Shown piece after piece: positions 10,266 to 20,021 of a DNA stretch of 20,457 bases. The DNA comes from Raillietiella orientalis (lineage: Eukaryota). The first letter of the stretch is position 1. Each line of letters opens with the position of its first letter. The translations under genes and the position numbers were made by a program. The stretch is from the NCBI GenBank assembly GCA_036172245.1, contig JAYWIR010000128.1, positions 62,001 through 82,457 on the forward strand. The letters run 5' to 3'. The notes beneath the pieces were generated by a model. That model saw only the letters and a list, made by a program, of their open reading frames with translations, was not told the DNA's origin and searched no databases.

Positions 10266-12156
10266 AAGCTGCCGTGTCGGCCTACTCCAACGACCTTGTG
10301 CTCCTGCTCCCCGGGTCGACCTTGGCGTCGGCGCTCGAAGATTTCTTTGAGTTGCTGCGCCGCGGGACAAGCCTCGAGGTGAACAAAGAGAAATCTTCCA
10401 TCGTTCCTACATCTTCACTGCTTTCAACAATACGGCGTGGGCCGGACGGCCGGACTGGATCCGCTTGGGGATCCCCACGGGCAGGTGCTTCAAGTACCTT
10501 GGCGTTCCGTTGGGGGACTTCTGCGTTGCAGAAGCCTGGTCCGACCATCTCCAAAAGGTGGAGTTGGCGATCGGCCCGTTCCGGAACGGCAAGTTTTACT
10601 TGCAGGAGCGGGCCGTGGTGTAAACGCGTTCGCGGCCCCCCTCCTACGCCCATTACTTTTTGTTTGCACCGCCCCTCATATCATACAGAGACGGACCAAA
10701 GCCATCTTGAGGACTGCCCTTTGGGGCAGAGCGAGGTCGCGAGTCCGATTGAAAGACTTGTGCGCTCCACGCAGGGATGGTGGCTTGGGCCTCCTTACGT
10801 TGGAGCGCATCCAAATACAGACAACACTTCGGAAGTTAGCCCTTGCGGCTAGCTTATGGATGACGCCATGGTGCGATCCTGCACGGCTCCTCGCCAGAAG
10901 AGCGACCGGCTGCGAAGGATTGTCCTCGATCCTCGTGGCCTACCAGCGCAGCCTCTCCAACTGTGGCCTTAATTTGCGCCAGATGGTCACCCTGATGAGG
11001 GAGAATACCTGGATCTCCTGCCTCTCCGCGAACTGGACTGCCTGGCTTCAGGAGTCAGCTTCCGCGTGGGCTAAGATCGACGGCACGAGCGACGCGGAAT
11101 ACAACTTCCTACGACGAGGACCGTACGCTCGACAGCCGCTGCAGGAGATTATTAACACGCCCCGGAAGTTTCTGTGGGCTTCTTTCAGTCCCCTTGCCCC
11201 CGTTCTGTCCTCCCTGAAAAACAGTAGGAGCAGCAACGAGCTGGCATCGTGGGAAGTCTCCTGCCTCATCCGAGGCAGGAAAAAACCTTTAAAGGCGTGG
11301 ACGACTCGGGAGCTCACGGACGCTGCCACCCCGAGCGTCCTGCCTCACGGACTTGCGCGCTGGGGAGAGCTGCTCGCAATACCTCCGAAGGAGGTGAAGT
11401 GGCCCCCAGCGTGTTGGGATTGCGGCATACTTCCGTTGAAGTGGCAGGAGACGGCGTTGCTATTTCTGCACTGGGGACTGTTAAGCAGAGCACGCCTGTC
11501 TCACTGGACACTGGGGAAAGTGGAAGCCCGCTGTGTCGACTGCGGAAAAAGAGAAACCTTCCCGCATCTCACCCTCGAGTGTGTCGCCCTGGATGGACTC
11601 TGGAGTAGAATCGCCCCAATCCTTCATCTTCCAGTAGGCGACACTAAGGAAATTTACCGTCGCCTCTTTCTGCTGACGGCCTGCGCCCCGCTGCGTCTCT
11701 AGCAGTCCTCTGCTGCGTGCGCGGCATTGTGCAAAGGTGGCACGCCAGAAGAAGAGGACCAAGATGCAGGGACGTTATCCACTGGACGACGTTCTCTTTA
11801 GAGACGGCGACAAGGTGGCGTCCAGCTCTCTCAGTTAAAGCAGAACTTGACTGCATCCTTAACAGGATGCGGAGGACCGACCCAGGCGCCCAGTAATCCC
11901 TTCCCTGCCCCCTCCCTCTCCGCATACAACTGTTTCTTTCCCCGTTATCTCTCTTGTTGTTTGTTTTTGTTCTAGTTTTTTCTTCCCATGCGCCTCAAGA
12001 ATGGACCTAACCGGTCTATGCACCGGCAACCGACACGTCCAGCAAGGTGGTTTACCCAGTGTTTCCCCACAGAAAACATCTTTTTTTAAAGACTTTATTA
12101 TCTAATTTTTGTAGAAAATTAGTATAATAAATGCCCCGGCATATCCGGGTGAGAAA
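10266..12156 (+). mobile_element. Element D: 5'-truncated LINE (RT from the YxDD region, zinc finger, 3' UTR)
   Basis: SAYSNDLVLLL (degenerate YADD), FKYLGVPLG, RVRLKDLCAPRRDGGLGL, CVDCGKRETFPHLTLEC (11532-11582), probable stop TAA at 11894-11896, T-rich UTR and terminal motif. Confidence 0.9.
12126..12156 (+). terminator. 3' terminus of D: poly(A) signal + GC hairpin + AAA
   Basis: AATAAA tgc CCCGG catat CCGGG tgag AAA. Confidence 0.8.
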
Positions 12157-13860
12157 CGTCGGCTAGATTGAGCATTCTCGGTCCTGGTCGTCGAGCAGAA
12201 CTGTCGCCCCTGACTGCCAGACCTGGCGCTCGGCCTTTGGCTTGTACTCGGATAATCGACCAACGTCAGCGCGCCTGGAAAGAGAGCATGCCTGCAGAAA
12301 ATTTCTGCTGTTGGCTACGTTCTCTTCGGAGCCGCGCGGAAGCTGGTTCAAGGGAAACCGGCAGCATAACTCGCGGACCGATCATTTCAGTTCGTCCCAG
12401 TGCTCGAGCTAACTTATGGCTAAGCCGAGGAGGTACTGGCGAAGATGCTCAGCCGCCTCCGGGTGGCTTAGGCAGTCTGCTGGCATCCTCCAAAAACAGT
12501 TTGGAGGCCTCTTGCCTGGCGGGAGCAACTCGAACTCGAGCCTGTTGTAATCTGAAAGCACAAACGGCACGGGACCTCTCCGACCCACTCGACAGAGCAA
12601 GTGTTCATCAAGGTATACGTGTTTCGGCGTTGCTGCCATAACAGGGTCGCTAGCGAACAAGTTGCACGCGTGCACGGACGCGCACATCTCTTCCGCTAGC
12701 AACTTTTCCCTTTTGTGGGATCTATTCTCGGAAAGCAGGTGGACGTTAAAGTCCCTCGCAATGAGATGGGCCGAGTAGGGTGAGATCGAGGGAGCCACTG
12801 GCTTTGAAGTGTACCGAAAAACTCAATCCTTCCAGCCCATTGTCCAGCACAGCTCGGCGCGTACACGTTGTTAACGACAAGGTCGATCGAGACGGACCAC
12901 TTGAGTACAAGCTGTCCCACTCGGCCTTCCGTGTCGAAACGAACGCTGCGCACCGCTCCCGCCAAAGTTCCTCGCACGAGGAAAGCGACGCCGCACGTAC
13001 GTGCAACGCCGCACCTATAAAGTAGCGTTCCGCCCGCGCAACTTTCGATTTCGGCAGCCTGCTCTCCGGAGATGCTGTGAATCTCCTGCAGGAGCGTCAA
13101 GTCGGAGGCGCGCAGAGCGTCAGCCACTAGTCGCCTTTTCTCCTCGTGTTGGAGCCCGTTGTCGTTCCAAGACGTTACAACAACACGACGAGAAGACGCG
13201 ATTGCCCTCATCACGGCTGGGAAAGCGAGGCCGTGGTGCTCGCCTCACCCGGCGAGCGGGCGGTAAGAAGCACGACGGGCTGGAGGGCGCAGTCGCCACT
13301 GGCCTCAACTGTGCTGCACGTAATCATGTGCTCCACCCCGGGTGCAGAACCTGTGGGTTCCGCGGTGAGCACTCGCCGTTCCACGGCGAGTGTGTCACGC
13401 CTCAGGGCTTCAGCACTGCGGGCGCTCGCTCCCGCGCGAGTTACGCGTCGCGGCGCTATAGGACTCCTTTGCGGTGTCTGATGATCGCACGATCGACGTG
13501 CGCTTGCAGGCGTCCGAGTGCACCGGAATGGTCTTCTCGGCTGTCACAGAAGCGGACTGGCACGCGTTGAAGCCGCTGGCTTTTTGCTTGGAAGTGGCAC
13601 AAGCTGCGCGTGTTTTCGCATTCCCGCGACTGCTTTTTCCTTTGGAAGAGCTCAGGGATGGATGTTGCGGAGCTTTTTTTGTAGATTTTTCTTTCCTCCA
13701 CTCCACATCCTTCCATTTGCCTTCGCGATTTTCGAAGGCTTCCGCGACAGTAGTTGCGGAAACCTCCGGAATTTTCGCTGCGTTCTCTGCAAGCGTTGCT
13801 TCCGCTACGCCTTTAAGAGGCGTCAATGGAGTCACCTTCTTGACAGTCGGGATACTGCTC
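12157..13860 (-). mobile_element. Element F: 5' half of a B-related LINE (short ORF1 remnant, APE, EN-RT linker), cut at its 3' side
   Basis: GKWKDVEWRKEK ORF1 motif, TGATG at 13213-13209, SWNDNGL, LLQEIH, NVYAP, ARDFN, SDY; linker LSEYKPKAERQVWQSGATVLLDDQDRECS matches B. Confidence 0.9.
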
Positions 13861-14010
13861 TTCTACTGCCGAGTCGGTGAACTTGCTTCGCGGCTCAAAG
13901 TATTGTGCGCTCGACAACGTAATCAGCTAATTGTGCTCGTGTGTGCCCGGAGATGGGAAGTTTTTCAGACGAAACTACAAAAGAAGCGGCGAGGAGATCG
14001 CGCCAAAAGA

Positions 14011-14511
14011 CCTGCAGTGGTCCCGTGCAGCAAGACCACCTGCCAGGGTGCAGGCACCTAGAAGAGGAGTGGAGAGACCGTCGTCCCCCATGGAAGCCAT
14101 GGAGGTAACGTGCGGCAACGGCGAGTCGGTGGCAGGCATGCCGAGGATCGCTCCCGCGGCGGGCTTTGCTGCGCCGGCGGCGGCGAGGCAAAGGGTCGTG
14201 CCCGCGGCGACGACTGCGGAGATCGTGCCCACGGAGGCGACGCCGAGGATCGTGCCCACGGAGGGGAACGTCGCGCCTGCGGAGGCGATGCCGAGGGTGC
14301 CGCCCGCGGCGAAAACGGTGGCGACGTCGAAAGTTGCGCTCGGAGCGGCGGCGTCCCAGGCAGGACCCGCGGGCGTCCACGCGGTTCAGGGCGAGACGCC
14401 ATCTTGTTCGGCTGCCGCGGCGCAGCCCTTTTCCTATGCGTCGGTGGCGGCTCGACAGGCGAGTGTCAATCCACCTAGGAAATTTGGTAAGCCGCTTAGC
14501 AGAAAAGTTCT
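14011..14511 (+). repeat. Second copy of the A ORF1 N-terminal block (inverted relative to 4811-5287)
   Basis: Direct alignment; carries one extra 27-bp (9-aa) internal repeat unit. Confidence 0.95.
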
Positions 14512-14554
14512 GGTGGTCGATCAGGCAGCACTGCCTGACACGACCACCAGTGCG

Positions 14555-14752
14555 TGTCAGGGGGCGGTGGCAACGTCGCCTCCTGAAGAAATGGAGTGCC
14601 AGGTGGCGGCGGTAACGTCGCCTCAAGAGAAGACGGAGTGCCAGGAGACGGCGGCAACGTCGCCTCCTGAAGAAATGGAGTGCCAGGTGGCGGCGGCAAC
14701 GTCGCCTCTAGAGAAGGTGGAGTGCCAGGGGGCGGCGGCAACGTCGCCTTCA
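14555..14752 (+). repeat. 42-bp coding tandem repeat, ~4.7 copies
   Basis: CQGAVATSPPEEME / CQVAAVTSPQEKTE / CQETAATSPPEEME / CQVAAATSPLEKVE / CQGAAATSPS. Confidence 0.95.
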
Positions 14753-16071
14753 GTGGCGAAAAAGGTGGCGGCGTCCGCCCCCACAAAACCGGTCCCCGCT
14801 GAAGCGCGGGCGTATAGCGCCGTCGTGTCGGCGCCATCGCCTGCAGCCGCGGCGGAATTATCTGCCTATGTGCAAGAGGGGTATAAACCGTCATTATTCT
14901 ACAAGGTAGGAAATTTGTATTCTTCTGAGAGTACGCGCGCCTTTTCGAAGGGGATGCGCGCTCTCGATGTTAAAGTGGAGGAGCTGTGCGCTGTGACCAT
15001 TCGTAGCAGGGGGCAGTACGTAGAGGTGATCTGCAAACATGCAGATCTGGCACAACGTCTGCTTAAAACCCCCGTGGTAATGGGGACACTAAGGTTCCTT
15101 CCCGTTACGGCGGACCACAGTATGGTGGTCCACCTTTTATAAGTTACCGCTCCGATGCGGAAAGAACAGTTACGCGCCTCGTTGGGAAAAGAAGGCACGG
15201 TGCATGCAGTATGGACCAAGCCTAGTCCTTTCGAGGACTATACCACCGCGCGAATGCTACAGAAAAAACTGGCGGCGAAGGCTGCCGCTCCAGCTGTGCC
15301 ACCCACTCCCGTGGTCCAGGCCTCAGCCGACACCCCGGCAACGAATGCCGAAAAGATCGACAAAAGCGGTCAGGTGTCGGAATGGCAAGAATTCACAACG
15401 AAAAAGAAAAAAAAGTCGAAGAAAGAACGACGAATTGAAAAAAAGCTCGCCTACCAAAATAAAGAACAGCATATTAGCGAGAATTTAAAAGAATGCAGCA
15501 TCGTCGTAGAAAGCGTCCCCGCCGCACGCCGCAAGGTAGAAATCGCTGCTACCGACGAGCAACCCACTGTTGAAAATGTCAACAGCGTGGGGAGCGAACC
15601 GGCGGAAGCGTCCGTCATCGAGACCGTGATCGATGACGCCGCCTTCGAGTGTGCGGCCTAGGAGCTGGCTGCATCGTTGCAGCCAGACCCCTCCAAGGCT
15701 GGCAAAAAGGCACCGAGGCGTCCGGCCTCCACCGAGGAGTCGGTAACTTCCATCCCCGAAAGGCAGGCCGAAAACCAAGTTTCCATCTCCGCGGCACCCC
15801 GCCGGAAGGCTGGAAGGAAGTCCAGAAAACCCCGGAAAGCCCCTCTCCAGGTCGAATACGTGGAGATGACTTCCGACTGCGAGGGTGCCATGAGCGTGGG
15901 AGAATCCCGGGAATCGTCACCCGAGAGACCACCATGCACAGACACTGAGGAGATGGAGGGGGTTTAAGCCGGAAAGGTACCCAAGGTGCCTGAGGAGGCT
16001 GAAACCCTAATGGTCATCTCACCCGCCTCGGAAGAGGAGGGTACCCCCACACCGTCATCTTCCCGGCAGTA

Positions 16072-16234
16072 ATTGCGGGAATCTCCTCCCGCCGTCGTCT
16101 GCGCATCGCCGTTTGGAACGTGAACGGCATGACAGACGCCGGCAGGAGACGAGACATGGCCGCCATTCTAGGATCGTTGGACCTAGTGCTGCTCCAGAAG
16201 ATCCATGTGATCTCTGCAGAACAAGCAACGGAGA
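16072..16234 (+). pseudogene. Element C ORF2 start (APE N-terminus), truncated by the tail of E
   Basis: Hand translation: IAGISSRRRLRIAVWNVNGMTDAGRRRDMAAILGSLDLVLLQKIHVISAEQATE. Confidence 0.88.
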
Positions 16235-16265
16235 TTTCTCACCTGGTCACGCCGGGGCGTTTATT
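16235..16265 (-). terminator. 3' terminus of E: poly(A) signal + GC hairpin + AAA
   Basis: Minus strand: AATAAA cgc CCCGG cgtga CCAGG tgag AAA. Confidence 0.78.
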
Positions 16266-19135
16266 CCATATAGCATAACCAAAAATAGCAATTATACAAA
16301 ATAAACCAGTTGGGAACCAAACTCCCAACCGACGACTGAGCAAGAATGAAGAGAATATTGCTGTCACGCAGGCCTGAGTAACTGTGTTCTGAACGGTGTG
16401 GGGGGGGCGGGGAACACAAAGAAACCAAAATAAAATGAAAACAATGAATAAGGAGGAGGGGATAAGGGTCTTTGGGATCGCTCTGGAAGACACGGGGATA
16501 AAAGCATGGGCACCGAAAATTTCACCGAGCGAACGGGGACGGGGTATGGGTGGGCGAGAGGTCGCATCGGTCACCAGATTACGCCGTTCTCAAAGGTGTG
16601 TAAACCGGGGATGTATGCCGGTGATGTCTTCATTCACCTTGTCACGAAGATGAGACCACCTTGAAGCCTTCTCCATGAATTGAGCTACAAGCAGGTGAGC
16701 CTCCCTTCGCTACGCTGACAACTCCAGGGCGTATCGGGCCTTCACGATGGCGCGAACGCAACACATGGTTGCGACAATCCCGCCAACCGAAAGTCCATTT
16801 CTGATGAAGAAGCGCTGCAGCACGTCAATGGTAATGCCTCCTTGTGGCATGATGGCCGAAGTGATCCTTCGCCACAGTTCCCGGAGGTCACCGCAGTCCA
16901 GCAAAAGTTGCGGAAAAGCCTCGTTCTCTCCGCACCTTAAACAGTTTGGCAAAGCAGCTCCCCCGAAAATGATGCTTCGCTGTCTATTACAGTGTAATGC
17001 ACAATGTAAAAAGAGCAGCACATCTTGTTTCTACTTAAGGGGGAACATCGAGCGGTCCAAACAAACGAACGGAACCACTATCTCTCCGGAGGGCACACTT
17101 AAATGTTCGCTCCACCGAAACAGGCCCTTCGCCCGATTCCGAGGTGTGACGGCTTGCACCAGCTCCTTTGTCGTCTAGCTGACGAGGAGCTTACTGACTC
17201 CCGCTATTTTGCAGGAGAACTCCCATTCCGCCGGTAGGCAACCGTCGTTGCTTGCCCTGAGGGCAGACAGCGCTGCGGCGAGTGGTGTGGCGGCCAGACG
17301 ATCCGACAACTTGTTGTCCTGCATGACTTCGTCCATTTGATGACTGCGGAGAAGTCGCAGGCGTCGAAGATCTTCCGAACGCGTTCCTTCGGAAGCTGAC
17401 CACGATGGAAAAGATTCCTGATGCCATGCATTAATGTTCATGGTGCGGTAGGAGATCCAGATTTGGGCTTCCAGCAGTGAGGACAGCTGCCTCAGCGGGA
17501 AGCCAAACCCTATTCTGGTGTTCCGACAGTGGGGTAGCAACAAAAGCCGTCCCTCGCTTCCCGTGGAGCGCCTCAGTATAAGGCGTGCGGGTAAGCACCA
17601 CGGCGTACACCACAGCTTGGCACAGAGCCGCAGCATGCGAAACTGCACCTGCAGTTCGATGCTGTTTAAGTCGAGGATGCCCAATCCTGCATCCTGACGC
17701 GGCGCCACAAAGTCTTGAAGTCTAACACGGGATCTTGCAGCGTTCCACAACGCTTTCCGTAGAAGGCGCTGCGCCCAGACTTTAACTTCCTGGGGGGTGG
17801 ACAAACAAAAACAGGAGGCGGCGAAGGGGGGCAACAAATATGTTCCAGATGCTGGCCCGTTCCGGCAAGACGAACTCGCCTCCTGAAAACGGGCCAAGTG
17901 CAGGCTCTGCCTTCCGAAGGCAGTCCGACTACGCTTCTGAGATGCAGAAGTCGCCCAACGGCACGCCAAGGTACCTGAGGTACCTGCTCGTGGGGATCCC
18001 CAGGTCGATCCAGTCGGACTGCGCCTCCCACGTCGCTCCCACAAAAAAAACATGCACTTGCTCCTGTTGACGCTCACGCCCGCACCGCGACGGATGAACT
18101 CAAAGAAATCTTCAAGCGATGTCGCCGGGGTGGACATGGGCAACAGGAGAAGCAGGTCGTCGGCATAGGCTGGCACGGCCAACGTTCCTGGACAGGAGCT
18201 CGGCAGGTTGGCTAGCGTCAGCCTGTAAGCCTCCAGCACCAATTCAAAATAAATGCTGAAGAGCAGTGGGCTTAAGCTGTCACCCTGCGTAATTCCTGAT
18301 CGTACCGGCACGCCGTACACGCGACAGGCACTGAAAACAATGGATGTAATCGCGTGGCGCCTGCAGGAGCGCAAGTACGCCAACAGGGATGCCAGAAGAC
18401 GCAGACGTTCCAAAAGCTGAAGAAGAAGCTTTTGGTTCACGCAATCGAAAGCTTTGTGCTGATCGACTGCAACCACCAAGGCTCCCGGTGTCTCTCTTTG
18501 CGTCTCGCGCCTCCGTCGGTAAGAGATCGCAGGTGGCGCTTCCGCACGACGATCCACCGCCACACGATGCTGCAATAGCAGCCATGTGCGGATGAACAAG
18601 AGATTCGCGTCCATGGACCGCCCAGGAACAGCTTATGTCTGCTCCGGACTTACCAAGGATTCCGCAATCCTACCCATCCGCGTTACCCAAAATTTCGAGA
18701 ACAACTTGACGTTCGAATGCACTAATGTGATCGGACGCCAGTTGTTCAGTTGGCGCAAGTCTCCGCCTTCCGGCAGCAGTCGCACCTTCGCTGAGCGAAA
18801 CGAGGCGGGCACATCGCCCGAGTCTCGCATCAGCAACGAGAGTTGAAGCACCAGGGGGATGAGCTCCGCCGAAAAACACTCTGAGAATACAGCGAAGAGC
18901 CCATCTTTGCCTGGCGCTTTTCGTCTCTTGAGCCCCGAGATGGCAAAGGAAATTTCCTCTGCCGTGAAGGGCTCATCAAGACGCGCGCGTTCGTCCTCGT
19001 CTACAACAGGTGTATCAATCGGCAGAAGCAGCTGGGAGAGGCTGCGTTCCGTCGGTGCCTCTGCATACAGAGAAGAGTAATAGCGCCTGACTATCCGTCG
19101 CACGTCGGCTGGTGCCGAGCATTTCCTCTGGATAA
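16235..19135 (-). mobile_element. Element E: 3' half of a B-related LINE (RT, zinc finger, 3' UTR), decayed
   Basis: RKAPGKDGL, LLPEGGDLRQLNNWRPITL, DQHKAFDCVNQ, GITQGDSLSPLLF, AYADD (18156-18167), RYLGVPLG, CLRCGENEAFPQLLLDC (H replaced by Q). Confidence 0.93.
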
Positions 19136-19140
19136 AGTAA

Positions 19141-19558
19141 CCTCTTGCATCCGCGCCATCGTGATCGCCCGCCGTAAACAAGAAGGAAGCTCGCAGCGAA
19201 CGAACGCCGCCAGAATCGCTGCGAACTTTATGAAAGCAGCTGTCAGGTGGCCTCATCTGCCCAGAAAAGTCTCCAGGGAAGTCGCCATTGTCAAACAGCG
19301 CTTCCAGAAAGATTAGAAACGTTTACTACCAAAGATACCTGACCCCACTCTCCACTGGTTTTTTTTGTTTGTACCCTTATATTTTGTTTATTCTGCATCC
19401 CTCTCCCTTCCTTCGTTTCTTTTGGAAGGCACCCTGCGTTGATCTTTGTGAACTGAACTTACTGTATGGGCGTTTCTTGTGTCTCGTAAGGATGAATTTG
19501 CCTTGAAGTTTGTGGTTCGTTTTTACAAATAAACGTCCCGGCGCGACCGGGTTCAAAA
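19141..19558 (+). mobile_element. B': 3'-terminal fragment of a B-family element
   Basis: Aligns with ~9595-10036; ends AATAAA cgt CCCGG cgcga CCGGG ttc AAAA (19528-19558). Confidence 0.92.
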
Positions 19559-19760
19559 CGCATCAGCGAGGAAAGGCTTAGCACCAAGGGGACGAGCTCC
19601 GCCACAAAGCACTGAAAGAACTCCGCGGGCAGGCCATCCTCCCCAGGCGCCTTACGCCTCTTCAGGCCCGCTATGGCGGAAAATACTTTTTCCGCCGTGA
19701 AGGGCCAATCCAATCTGCGCGTTTCTCCTCGTCGAAAGCACGGTTGCCCTTCGGAAGAAG
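19559..19760 (-). pseudogene. Inverted RT fragment homologous to 10037-10241
   Basis: FTAEKVFSAIAGLKRRKAPGEDGLPAEFFQCFVAELVPLVLSLSSLMR, ending at the same codon as the first copy. Confidence 0.92.
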
Positions 19761-20021
19761 CAGTGATCCCTGCCCTGCCCCCCCCCTCTCCCCATGAAAC
19801 TGTTTCCCTCCCCGATATCTCTCTTTTTGTTTGTCTTTGTTTTAGTTTTCCCTTCCCATGCGCCTCGGGAATGGACCTAACCGGTCTATGCACCGGCAAC
19901 CGACACGTCAACCAAGGTGGGAAAGTCAAGTGTTTCACACAATTAACTTTTGAAAGACTTTATTATCTAATTTTTGTAGAAAATTAGAATAATAAATGTT
20001 CCGGCATATCCGGGTGGCAAA
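19761..20021 (+). mobile_element. D': 3' UTR of a D-family element
   Basis: Aligns with 11891-12156; ends AATAAA tgt TCCGG catat CCGGG tggc AAA (19991-20021). Confidence 0.92.

Larger units (their letters stand above)
13931..16072 (+). pseudogene. Element C ORF1 (gag-like, chimeric N-terminus, RRM-like region, no knuckles)
   Basis: One frame with stops at 15140, 15659 and 15965 and a final TAA at 16070. A-type block, 14-aa repeats, AYSAVV, GYKPSLFYKVG (compare NVKPIIFKTG in A), then a basic tail. Confidence 0.85.

Noticed and set aside
10242..11893. Deletion in copy 2 as a spliced intron
   Set aside because: The ends do not fit GT-AG or GC-AG on either strand; CAG microhomology explains it.
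12132..12160. Hammerhead ribozyme at the tails (stem followed by GAAAC)
   Set aside because: There is no suitably placed CUGANGA core, and GAAA is not conserved in all five tails.
14555..14752. CRISPR-like array
   Set aside because: The units are contiguous and in frame with no unique spacers, and no cas genes are present. It is a coding minisatellite.
18633..19256. ORFs 18633-19256 and 19459-19938 as novel RT fusions
   Set aside because: Their N-terminal parts are antisense read-through of neighbouring B' and D' sequence across junctions.
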